NCBI RefSeq assembly: GCF_003918875.1
Contig: NW_025765018.1
Coordinates: forward strand, 1 to 64,000
Direction of reading: 5' to 3'
Source of the DNA: Haliotis rubra
Taxonomy: Eukaryota
DNA length: 64,000 nucleotides
Translations under genes and position numbers: made by a program
Shown: positions 23,202-35,220 of the stretch, piece after piece
Layout of the letters: every line of letters starts with the position of its first letter
How positions within the stretch are numbered: position 1 is the stretch's first letter
Notes under the pieces: generated by a model
Told to the model about the DNA's origin: nothing
The model's database searches: none
The model's input: the letters and a program-made list of their open reading frames with translations, nothing else

Positions 23202-25729
23202 TTCTCATGCAGGTATTATCGCATAATTTTCATATGCATCATAAATGTTTTCTTAATCTGTACTGCCTACGTAGCACAGTGCAGCTGTAACTTCATACCA
23301 GTGACAGATATCTATCTACCTTTTTAGTAAACCAGCCATCTAGGGTTCAAGCTCAGCTTTCCACAGAAACCTTTGCAGATTTCTTAAGTTATGTTTCATA
23401 TCCCATACTACCACTTTCCTGTCATGTGACCTTAAAAAGCACATGTGGTACTGGGACCCCATGCTTCAGTGTGTTAGCAGCCTCCATACCGTCAAGAGGT
23501 CTCCTCTGACTGTTAATATCAATGTAGCACACAGGAACACAAATGTGAGTCGTGCATCTTTATTATCTCACTGTTACTATTTAATTCTATTACATATAGA
23601 ATATAATGTTTAACAGTCTTCTTTGAAGTTCATGGCCTCACATTGCTATTGTTACACGCAATATTGCTGAAAGTGTTTAAATAATGTTCAAACGTTTTCA
23701 AAGTTGTTGAACATGAATTCAGCTATGATATTCTGTCAATGCATTGTATTTTATAATCAAATTATATTACAAATTGTTTCTGTTTATTCTAGTTTTCCAA
23801 ACCTCATCCACTCATGTAGTTAGGCTTTCACACAATGGCTAACGATCAACGTGGAACGTATATTCTACATTTGCCAATGTACGCCTAACGCATCATTGTT
23901 TCCCATGAAAAGAATAAAATCCCGTTGATGCGAGTTACTGGAAAATTGTCATTCTTGCGTCTACAGGATACAATCAGTAAGAAAAACTTGAATGGTGAAC
24001 AGTTTCCAATGGCAGTAATGACATCACTTCACTTGCAAAGTCACATCGATTGTTTCAGAGACCATATAATAAATAAATATGTGGTCTCCTATTTTATTCT
24101 GTATGATATAGTCATTTCAAGAATATATATCGGAACAGAATAGAGACGTAATATAAGTATGCACAGCTGCACGACAATATGCTGCTCCGAAAACGGCTCT
24201 GGTAATACAAAATACAATTACGCTTACGAAAATCCATATCCTGCATTGAAATACAATTTTATCGTAAGAGGGAATTCGAGGACACGTTTTGCCAACCAAC
24301 CGTTCACGTTAGTAAAATAATTTCCACCGTGATTAAAATATTACGTTAATTGATATCTTGATATTCGTTGTATAGTAAATTTGTATTATTCTTTGTCAGT
24401 TGTAAATCATTTCCCCCTCCCTCCTTAACTCGCTGGGTCTTTCCGTGAGGAAACGAACACTAGATCTACCTGCGATATGTAGATCAGCATTTCCGGAAAA
24501 TGTCGAGGAGATCGGACTGTATCACCAAAGGGAAGCAACTCTCAAACGGTTGACTACGTGGGAAAGGAACAAGGAAGTGTGGATATATTGTACATTTATC
24601 GAAAAACTGTTCTCATTTCAAAGGATACAAGTGTAAGTATCAGTTATAGTGCTTAATGGTTTACAGTCCTGCTATCTAGTTTATTACCATAGTGAAAGAA
24701 AGAAAATATATATTTTCGATGGAGACCCTCGATTTTCGCGCACACGTTGCACAATATCTTAGAACTCCGGAACAAACATCATAACACCCTTCATCACTGT
24801 TTTAAACGCTCTAAATGATATTCTTAATGTCACAATTTGCTACGATATTGGACGTGCCTAAAAAAATCTGATAAATGCTGTGTTGTGAATTGATGCAAAG
24901 AATATTTTAAATTTAGTTTTTGTTTTTAGAAGAAATTGTTCTGATAGCAGTGTTACGAAGTTCATGTTTAATAAATGGGTAAAAGGATAAAACACTTATC
25001 ACTAAAACGCAAATGTTTATAACAGATATCCCATATACCTGAGCTGTTATTTAGCTGTTATACATTTTTATATTTTATAATAAGTCTGTCGTAAAGTGTG
25101 AAGTTATCCCACAGATTATACTGGGACTCTCTATTATCGCGGCTCTCTTTATTATCGCGGCACGCGAAAACATCCGGAAATCAGAAACACCACGCCCCGC
25201 ATCGGCTGTTTACATATGCAAATTATGTAAAATATTTTCATCGCTCTTGAAAAAGTCATCTATTTCATTTGAATGTTATGTGTAATCGGAGAAATATTAA
25301 AGCATTCATCTTTTCAGTAAGTTCTAGAACATTTTGAAACTAGCATGACCCCTACTGCCATTACATCTAGCATGAATCAAAACTTACTTCTTCAACAGCA
25401 ATCCTGCAACAACAAGAGCGTTAGCGGCAGTAGCCGGACACATAACAGTGAAAACTGAACAACTCACAGCGATACCCATCGATTTGGACTAGACTTATAA
25501 GATATGAAGGGAGACAACTGCTGTTTATAATGAAATCTACGTAAACTCTGTAAACGCCTTAGTCTGACTGAGATTTATACTACTTGTTTAACGACTGATT
25601 CGGTAGTAACCGGACACTGTCGGCTTAATCCGGACAGTTGTGTGACAGTACCCGGACACTCAACATTTTAAAAAAACAACATGCAATTTACACGCAAAAG
25701 ATCTAGCAATACATTCCAGTCAGTAGTAA

Positions 25730-26160
25730 TTAACACCAAACACTGTCCCCATCAATTCCTGCATTCTTTAAACTTTCAATAACATCTTGCAAGATACGCC
25801 TTTCCGGCAAAACACGAATTAAATAAAAACAATCAAGTTTTGGGCCTCCACCTCTGATTGGGCCACCGTGTGACATTCTACCCGTATAAAAGGGTGTTAT
25901 ACTTAATATTTTATTGTCCCTAAACAGTGGACCAAATACTGATGTCAATTGCTGTGGTACGCGCCCGAAGGGCTCCAGCGATATCTCGTACAAGCTGTCT
26001 ATTTGGCCCTGGCCGAACCTCAGCATCTAAGAATATGCTTGGTATCTCATATGCTTCTGGTACAGTGATTTTTATAGCATTCCTATCGAACCTGTTGTCA
26101 GGTTCAAGATCCATCTTCAAGGCCATGAATGGCAGGGGTTTCACATGAAAAATGTGGTAC
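25730..26160 (-). pseudogene. HIRAN-like domain accessory ORF inside the pogo-like element (frameshift ~25975)
   Basis: YH..LEPDNRFDRNAIKI...GRVP matches the HIRAN signature (EPxNxxDxNAI...GxVP). Acceptor tttattatAG at 26161-26162, with a possible short intron upstream. Confidence 0.6.
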
Positions 26161-26674
26161 CTATAATAAAGTAGGAGAAAAGTTAATTTTGTGTAGACAT
26201 GATAAACACGTAACATACATACGGCTCCTTGCTACTAGTACGATATTTTATGTCTATAGCTTTTTTTTCAATAGCTGTAAAGTTTACATGTTTGTCTTAA
26301 GTGTTAACTATGTTTCGATTTTATATTGAGGATACACAGTGATATTAAACGTGTCATTGATAATGTTTTTCAAATCCAATTACCCGGTTATACATGAAAA
26401 TACAGCAACTGGTTTTGTACTGATTGTGTATTCAAGGGCATTCGTATTTATTCCCATTCCCGGCGGCCCACTGTAGGCATGAAGTTGATTGAACAGCACT
26501 TCGAACGGATAGTCCATCTGTTTAAACATAACAAATAATAATCAGTGTGTGTTTAAATGTCTTTTATGTCTCACAAGCTACTAACATTAAATTAGTGAGA
26601 ACATATGAGTAACATTCAAACAGTGAACATTGTCTAACAACTGTGTTAGGAAATGTGTTAAAAACATGTTATAG

Positions 26675-28328
26675 TCAGCACAATTGACATTTGAAGTCAA
26701 GATCGATGATCTGGTCTATGGTCAAGGTGTCAAGATCAATGCAGCTCTGGTCAAGGTGTCCAAACCACCGTGGACAACCAGAGACAACCAAGAAGCCCCA
26801 CCCACTCATCACCATCAATGTCACCAAACAAACACACAGAACAAATGTCCTCATCATCCTCATACACATCACCATCCTCGTCCTCGTCGTCATCGTATGG
26901 AATTTCTGAATCAGACAAGTCCTCGTCACTGTCTCTGTCAGTTGCATTACGTCTTTGTAGGCGTTCCATAAAACGTTCTGCTTTCTTCTGTTCAGCAATT
27001 CGTTTTTTTAATTCTCTTTCGATCTTTTTCTCAGCGCGAATTGCTTGGCGTGCAATTTTTTCCGCCTCTCGCTGTTTCTTTTTCTCCTCCCTTTCTTTTT
27101 TCCTTTTTTCTTTCATTTTATTTTCTGCAGTAAGTTTCCTTTGTTTCTCGAGTAGGATTTCTCGTTTATCCTCACCTGACGCAGATTTCGGTAGGAGAGT
27201 CCTTACTCTCTTGTTGGGTCGGTTTTGGACCTTTGGGAGAGTGAGATGTTTATCAAAATCAGTTGGGGGAGTGGTATTGCTCTGTGGAGTATCCTGGGGG
27301 TTGGGGGTTGTACCAGAGGGGTTGGGGGTTGTATGAGGAGAGACATGGGCTATTCCGGAATGTGAGGGTGAAGAAGCGGTTGTCTCAGTTTGCTTGTTAA
27401 AGACATTGCTTGGGGCCAGTTTCAAACTTGGAAGTAACCTTCGATTTGTTAAAGGGAAAGAGGCCAGATTCATTAAAAACCATTTATTGCATAACATTTC
27501 GGAGGAGTTGCTGCCAACTCATGCATTACACGCACCTCTGAACACTCTGACTGCACGCACCTCTAGTCCATCCAACCACTCTCACTCCTGCCCAAGACTG
27601 CAGATTCAATCCCTCTAGAGGATTATAATGAAACGTACTCCCGGGATATACTGTCATAGGAGTATCGTACATCCCAGCTGCACTAGCGCAGGCCGGAACC
27701 GTTACCTGAGATTTGTCTGAGGATGAGAAATTATACACATTTTGGCATCCTTTCTCTGCGAGAACTTTGCCACTTTTTGGACAAAGGGGAAACCCTGACT
27801 CATCAGCATTGAAAATGCGTGATGGTTCGCTTAGTAACTGCACATCTGCATTTTGATTTAAATACTCTGAAAGCGAGTCAAACCACTGGTCAATTTTTTC
27901 TTTTGTAACCATGGCCCTTTCCTTTGCCAACTGCATAGGTGTTTGATGGACAAAGTTGGGTTGCGTCTCAGAAAAGCAGTCTTTTCCTGGTATGTTATTT
28001 TTAAAGGGGTTGGGGCGATTTGTTTCCTTTAAAATGTTTTGAACTGTGTCAAGGAGCTGCTCCCTAGTCCGCCCGTACCCAATCTGGGACATCTGATAGC
28101 CCAAAGAGAAGGTTTCTGCTCCTCCTCGTGTGACAGGATAGGGGGAGGGCCCTTTTTGAACTCAATAGGGACCTTGTTCATTAGTTCATGGTGAAGAGTA
28201 CTTCTTGGGATACTATAACTTGTCGCAGCTTTCCCAACGGAAATCCGTCGGGTATTAATGACTTCTATTGCCCTTCTCACGTTATCAACGTTGTAGGTTG
28301 GTTTATTAGCATTCCTTCCCCTGTTCAT
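26675..28328 (-). pseudogene. pogo-like transposase: HTH_psq/CENP-B + DDE_1 (internally deleted) + charged coil + PHD finger
   Basis: RRAIEVI..SVGKAATSYSIPRSTL, GPPPILSHEEE, RIFNADESGF, QVTVPACASAAG, and C-terminal CSVC...WVG..CPRWF..C...FKCQLC. Several frameshifts; the middle of the catalytic domain is missing near 27550. Confidence 0.85.
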
Positions 28329-29079
28329 TTTGTTGCAGAACCTACAATTCGTTAGAACATTAATAAGGAATAGTGCAAAAGATTTATGTAAAACGTATTA
28401 TTTTCTTCATATAAGATTATATAATGTTATTATGTTTAATGTTAAATTTGATTTTATTTATAAATTAGTTGGATTGAATTTGTTTATTGAAATGGGGATG
28501 AGATTGTTATTTCAAATGTGTCAGTTTAAATGTGTCCGAGTACTGCCTTCCCACTGTCACGCACTGAGGCAGTAGCCGGACAGGGCACAAAATGGGCCAT
28601 TTTTAGAATTTGGTGCCATAGTACTTCGAAGGCGGCTGCATGCATTCACTAGAGTTCTTATGTCAGTTACATTTCATCTAAAACAAGTTGTAAGTAGTAC
28701 ATGATCTTAAAACCGGAAACGGTGTTGCTTAGCGGAAATGTAAGACTATCAGGGGGCGTGGCAATCAAGTAGGAAGGCAGATAGTGGACGCTTTGCACAT
28801 GGGTGTTAACTCTAGCAGACGATTTTTTTGTGATGCAGGGCGGAAGAGGAATATTTATGCGCGTATATGTTGCACATTAACGCTTAACCTAATTAGCTAT
28901 AAATATGTTTAACGAGCGTCGGAGTACTGCCCGTGTCCGGACACTGCCGCTACCGCTCTATAAGGTCATTTGCGTATTTTCCATGCTAAAAAATATAACA
29001 GGAAGTGACGTATTTATGCAACTTCACTCTGCACATGGCAGCAACTTGTATGGAACGTTTTAAGCCGGAAAAACAATAA

Positions 29080-32000
29080 TTTTTCTTTATCCTGACTCAT
29101 GTATTATTGCTTGTCTCCTTCCTTCCGCGAACGTCAGTGGAACACTTGTATCTCCTTTTTGAAGCTCCCTTCAAAAAAGCAGACGTAAAATCACTACTCA
29201 CCACGAGTTGTCTCCCTCTCCGTTTGGCGGGAAACGGCGCCACCCGTCTTCCCACTCTTCACTCTCTCCTTCTTCGCCCTAGTGGACGGTTGGGAGAGCA
29301 CCTGTGTCTCCAACACGGCACTATATCCTTTGCTAACTTAGTTATTACCCTATAAGTTACCTTTATAAGGTACCTTCTACAATATGGTTTGAAATTTATT
29401 AGCAAATTTGTTTATTCATGGTTTCACGTGATTGCTCAGTTTGTTTACATTTCATGAAAACCTGTTTTCGTTGTAGGTTTAGGTTCTCTGCTGCAGACCC
29501 GCATTATTGTGCCCTAGTTGCAAAACAATATGTACTTCCAGCTCTCGCTGTAAATTATGTTAGCAACTAACAAAAATAATTATTATTTCTCTGTACTTAG
29601 AAACGTGCTAAGGATAAATCCAGGCGGCTGTTACAAGACATGGCTAAACCGTCCCTTAAGAGCTAGTCTGTCGTTGTCAGACAACATACTTCCATCCAGT
29701 GACCTGCCGGAGGCGTCTTCAGAAGATGGGTGTGGGATGAAGTCCGCCCTTATGTCGAAGAAAAGATCTTCTACGTCGGACAACTCCTCAACCCATACGA
29801 AGAAGAAGAGGCCATCTTCGTCGCAGAAGAAGCCTTACACCCCTAAGGCTTCAACGAGATCTACTGGGAGCTCTTCACAGACTACAAAGACCTTCTCTGC
29901 CGAGATCGTCCCGATGGAAGAAATAGGCTTGTACGTAGAACCGCCTATCCTCATCCCAGAGATACTGCATAAGAAGAAGAAGCAGGCCTCAGCAACGGTA
30001 ACGTCAGCACAGTCTGAGTTACCTTCTACACTGGCAGGGGTGGTGGGGTAGCCTAGTGGTTAAAGCGTTGGCTCGTCACGCCGAAGACCCGGGTTCGATT
30101 CCCCACATGGGCACAATGTGTGAAGCCCATTTCTGGTGTCCCCCGCCGTGATATTGCTGGAATATTGCTAAAAGCGGCGTAAAACTAAACTCAGTAAGTC
30201 AGTCAGTCTACACTGGCAGCAGGGACCCATGAGGTACAGCGATCCCTGGACCATATCGCTACCCTCTCAGATGCGTCATCTCTACAGTCGTCACAGACAT
30301 TCAACCCTGGGACCTTCATGCAGCAATTCTCCCAACAGATGATGGACCTGATGGAGAAGGGCTTCGGGCAGGAAAGGACCTTGCATGATGGTCAGGCAGC
30401 CGCCTCTCATGCTCAAGTCAGGACCAGTGCTGCACGAAAGATCCCGAACCGGTGGTGCATCTGAGATATCTATAAGAGGTTCTAGCTCTAGGACTAAGAG
30501 CAGACCTACCCTGCACGATGTCAACGAACCTGCGTGAAGGAAGGGACATTCATCCGACCAAAATAGATCGTCATCTGATAATGAAGCTAATGAAGCTCCT
30601 TCACACAGGCTACCTACATCACAGAGAGGCTTACACCTCCAAGAAGATACAGAGAGACGTCTCAGGACTCAGACCCTCAACAAAAATCTCTCACCTGCGC
30701 GAAGGTCGTCAGATAGATCATTAAGAATGTCACCATCACTATGCAGGTCGTCACGGGATTCAACACACAGGAATATATTGCCTTCGCGAAGGCAACCCCG
30801 GATGCGTACACGTAGACGCTCCCCTCCACGCAGGTCGCCATACAGAACTCCTCTTAGAACTACACATAGTTCTACGTACGCATCTCCACACAGATTGCCA
30901 CGCAGATCTCCATGATCTCCAAAATATTGGATGGCTAATGGACTGGACCTAGCGTCACCCGCTAAAGAAAAGAATGAAGCATTCACGTGCCTAATGAAGG
31001 ACGATGATGTAGACACAATCACCCTACCTCCAATTGACCCGGTCTCGGACGTACCTGAGGACCTTGACGCAGCCTTCAGGAAAGCAACAAAGTTCCAGTC
31101 TTCAAATATCCCACAGTTCAACGCAAAAAAGCCGCAACACTCTCAGATGCGTCACTACATCTGCAGTCGTCGCAGACCTTCAAAACGGGTATTTTTATGC
31201 AGCAAATGATGGACCTAATGGACGGTTCGCGCAAGCCTAAAGGACGAAGCTGCGGGAGGTAATCGGCATCAGAAATGTGTGAAGGATCACGCACTTGACA
31301 GTCATGCTCTGCAGTTTCGACGATTAATATAGACGTCATTGGACCATCCAACTTCACCCTCAGACCTTGATCTCCGTTGTGAGCCAATACGAAGGAACTC
31401 TTCAGCATGGAGGAAGAGATCTTCGCCTGCGCAAAGAGAGAGGGACACGTGTTGAAGTTCAAGAGGGGTACTCTTGTCCGAATTCATCACCTGAGCAGAT
31501 CTTCAGACTGAATCCCGGACGGAATTCACATCGTTGAGAAATTTTAGATAGATATATCTACATCAGAAGATAATAACGGGACTCATGTCCATATAGAGAT
31601 CTTCACTTGCGTACAGATCTTCAGGTATTCACATTGGCATGGTTCAGCACAGCCTTGCTAAGCCTATGAAGTTACAAAGTCAACATATTCCCAACGTCCA
31701 AGCTTGGGAATTCCAACACTCAGGAGAGTTACAGCTTTAGAGTCCATATGCACGTCTAAGACAGACTAGCATGAGTGATAAGACCCAGTACTTGTAAGGG
31801 CGTACTCGTACATAAGAAGGGACGCTTCTCCACTTGATGCATGCATCAAGAGATGGAGTTGTTAAAATCCACATATAATGTTAACAGAAGCAAGGACCAA
31901 AAGTTGACAATTGTGGTCCCCCCATCAGAGAAAGCTGGAAGTAAAGGGTTACAGCAGCAGCAGAGCCTAGCAGTAAATTGAAGTGCTACTAGATAGTTCC

Positions 32001-32335
32001 TATAGGGGGCTATGCAAGACGTAAATCACCAAGTGGAATCCAGAAGTGGCTTGACTCCACCACCAAATCCGTAGGATTCTACACAGAAGCAATAATGCAT
32101 GAGTCAGGATAAGGAAAAAATATGTAATTTTCTGAGTAAAATTGATATTTTATACTTATCCTGACTCATGAATAAGCCCTCCTCAACCTCCCCGCTAGGC
32201 ACTTTGGATTTCCCAGCAAATCTAGAAGTGTCGGGCTTACAATTCAGAGAGAGTGAAGAGTGGGAAGACGGGTGGCGCCGTTTTCCCGCCAAAACGGAGA
32301 GGGAGACAACTCGTGGTGAGTAGTGATTTTACGTC
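29080..32335 (+). mobile_element. DIRS1-like tyrosine-recombinase retrotransposon, internally deleted and degraded
   Basis: Inverted repeat 29182-29268 / 32247-32335. ICR at 32091-32174: its first half is the reverse complement of the 5' terminus (ttttt.c.ttatcctgactcatg.attatt, 29080-29108), followed by tatacttatcctgactcatg. Broken S/R/P-rich gag-like ORF1 at 29557-31490. No intact RT or YR. Confidence 0.8.
30038..30206 (+). mobile_element. Young tRNA-derived SINE (family A) nested in the DIRS ORF1
   Basis: Intact A and B boxes; 13-bp TSD tctacactggcag (30025-30037, 30207-30219). Confidence 0.95.
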
Positions 32336-32394
32336 AATGTAAGATTGTAGTGGTATGAGAGCTATGAACCGCTACGGTTGTAAATTGTCCCATT

Positions 32395-32685
32395 GAGCAT
32401 TGGATTGTCTGGTCCAGACTCGATTATTTACAGATAGCCGCCATATAGTTGGAATATTGCTCAGTGTGGCGTTAAACAACAAACCAACTAGCCATAATTT
32501 TCACATTGGTGATTTTCGATAATCCATTTATAGAACATTCACAGCAATTGCACTGTATGCCATCGTATCTCAATTGCGTAGATCGATGTTCATGATGTTG
32601 ATCACTGGACCAGTCTCGATTATTTACAGACCGCCGCCATATAGCTGGAATATTGCTGAGTGTGGCGTTAAACAACAAATAAACA
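32395..32685 (+). mobile_element. Two 5'-truncated family-B retroposon fragments
   Basis: ctggtccagactcgattatttacagaccgccgccatatagctggaatattgct tail, present twice. Confidence 0.8.
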
Positions 32686-33516
32686 GAACAAATGGAATCA
32701 CAATTTTGAGGATAGTCAAGACTGGGTGTTCCTTTGTACTGACGTTTCTTGTTTAGGTTGAGTTGAGTTGAGTTGAGTGAGTTGGATTTACGGGGCCTCG
32801 GCATTATTTCAGCCATATAGCGACGAGATCAAGTATTCATTCATAAGCATTCCAAGTTCAAAGTCCATGTTAAAAGACATTATTATTTAATGTTTAACGG
32901 CATTATTTCACACCACACTTCTCTGAAATACATAATGCAATTCTTTCAATAATACCATCCTCCTGCCCCCAAGGAAGCTACAATATAATTTATTTTTTTA
33001 AAATAATACGTATTAAGAGTATTTACAATATTAACATAAAATGTTCGCCCTCTACCGGTTGAACATTATTCAAGCGAGCCCCATAGAGTTATGTCCCTTG
33101 GAGTGCATTTTACGAATATCCTATAACGCCTTTGGAGACAGAAATCAGTCCTAAACAAAACATACGCACAACTTGTGATTGAAACCAGTACGGCTAACAC
33201 CGACAATATTTACCGTGTGCGACAGTTTTCGATGTACGGAGTAATTGTTTACATTCCATATATGGCAAGTTTTCTCTGTTTGGAAGCTGTTCGCCTCGAG
33301 ATTTCAATAATCGATTTCAGGAAAGTCGTAAGGAATAAGTAAGTATTATATTGCATGAATAGGAAGCTAAAGTGAGTGCATATGCCCCAATATTTATCAT
33401 ACAGGCGAAACTATTGTCGAAAATGTGTGAAATTGTGTCTTTGAGCAATAAATTGTTGCCGACGATGTGGATGACGCAGACGATGATGCTGTTGATGACA
33501 ATTGTGTAATGCTTAC

Positions 33517-33777
33517 ATGTATATGTTTTCTGTGTACAACCGCCATCCCTCTCACTGTACCTCTTGTGACAAATCGTAGCAAAACACATGTTAACGTCAC
33601 ATTGCTGTAGCTGTAGCCCCGACAAGATCCAGAGTTCAAGCACTTCACACCGCACATTTTGACTCCCATGTTATGAAATATTTCCAAGAGATGAGATTTC
33701 ATTCCCACCGTTCTCAGACACATCAGGTAGAGAAAGAACAAGATCGCTGTACCTTTCAGAGCATGCTTACAACACAT
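33517..33777 (-). CDS. Putative exon: signal-peptide-like stretch + PAN/apple-like Cys motif
   Basis: MCCKHALKGTAILFFLYLMCLRTVG...CGVKCLNSGSCRGYSYSNVTLTCVL, followed by a phase-0 donor CAT|GTAAGC at 33517/33516. Downstream exons not clearly found. Confidence 0.5.
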
Positions 33778-33854
33778 GATCCTCACACAGCTGCTTCACA
33801 AGCCAGGGTTGGTACTTGGTACAAAGCACATGTGAATCTGTATTATATCACTTT

Positions 33855-34050
33855 GACCCGTGAAGATCCAGGTTAGAATTGATCTTCAGTAATCTGTGTT
33901 TATCGTAAGAGGCGACTAACGGGATCGGGTGGTCAGGCTCGCTGACTTGGTTGACGAGCCTTGGTTGACTTGGTTGACACATGCAAGTGTATCCCAGTTG
34001 CGTAGATTGATGCTCGTGAGGGTGATCATTGGATTATCTGGTCCCGGTTA
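33855..34050 (+). mobile_element. Family-B retroposon (5' intact, 3' truncated); further copies at 34820-34945 (-) and 36984-37203 (+)
   Basis: Starts gacccgtgaagatcc, as does the 11620 copy. Confidence 0.85.
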
Positions 34051-35082
34051 CGGAATAAATCGACGACTGTCAATTCGGAATCCGTACACTGTACCTAATC
34101 GGGGTATCCAGGTTTAACTGCGGGCAAACTGATGCCTTGCCCTATAAAAGTGAGTATTGCGCGCAGCCATACACACACACGTGCATTCACGTCAAAATAA
34201 ATTGGTACTAATGCCAAATGGGATATTTGGTCAGATTTTCAGAAGCATAATTACTCATAAAGACCTCAGATTATAACTGCCTTAAGAAGTATGTGTATTT
34301 CCAGTGTTTCATATAAGATTACCTCATTATACTAGCTCGTCTGATTACAAATTGCTCCCTTTTAAGCTAATCGTGGATAAATTATGCATTGTGAACGTAT
34401 CATTTCTACAGCTATTTCTTTTAATGAGACAAAGATATGGTAATGTCACTTTTAACCCTTAAGTCCATTATGACCAGCTTAGGTTCTACTCTCCCCATGG
34501 AGTCGAGAACGAAATATCGGGTGCACACTGTCCAATTGTTATGCTGTTTCGGGAATACACAAATGGTGTTGATGGTGATTATTATGATGATTATTTACAG
34601 ATTAAAAATATATGAAGGAAAGCGTCTGGTGACACAGGCACAGTTGGGCGCGTCGTCAGCTCATGGTCCTTGCCGCCTCTACCCGCAGCTCAGACATCGT
34701 CTACTCGAACCCCCCAAGAACCAAGGAGGATTTGAAGTCTCCTCAACACTGCAGCCTGCGGCATTATCCAAGAGTCTCCAAAAGGCTGTATTCCCCCTCG
34801 AGACCAGAGAACAACTTACAGAGTCTGGACCAGACAACCTAGTGATCACAGCATTGATCTACGCAATTAAGATACGATGACATGTGTCAACCAAGTCAGC
34901 GAGCCTGACCACCCGATCCCTTTAGTCGCCTAAATCTTCACGGTTGGGCAAAGTCTTGTACAGTGTCATAACATTTAAATGACATAATCTACATGTCTCT
35001 GTTACATTTTGATGCAAAACCACACACTGACAGATTCATCCTGTCCCACTTCATGCAGGACCGCCGCCATATAGCTGGAATA

Positions 35083-35142
35083 GCTTAGTGGTTAAAGCGT
35101 TCGCTCGTCACGCCGAAGACCCGGGTTCGATTCCCCACATTG
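35083..35142 (+). mobile_element. 5' half of a family-A SINE split by the foldback element (3' half at 46200-46273)
   Basis: ...ggttcgattccccacattg ends at 35142. The SINE resumes atttgtggtgtccaccgccgtgatattgctgg at 46200, and the missing middle is inverted at 35221-35246. Confidence 0.9.
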
Positions 35143-35220
35143 GTATGGAATACTGTAAGGGACATTCTCGCGATCTCGCATTCTCGCGATCTCGAGAATG
35201 TCCCTTACAGTATTCCATAC
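35143..35220. mobile_element. 78-bp palindromic mini-element made of the two termini of the foldback element
   Basis: gtatggaatactgtaagggacattctcg ... cgagaatgtcccttacagtattccatac. Confidence 0.9.

Larger units (their letters stand above)
25416..28958 (-). mobile_element. pogo/Fot1-like Tc1-mariner superfamily DNA transposon (defective), ~3.5 kb
   Basis: TIRs gagcg(t/g)tagcggcagt..ccggacac at both ends, with subterminal ccggaca repeats. Right end is followed by TA. Confidence 0.85.

Noticed and set aside
30038-30110. tRNA gene-like sequences (also 21178, 23052, 35083)
   Set aside because: They are SINE heads: they continue into a shared body and tail and have TSDs.
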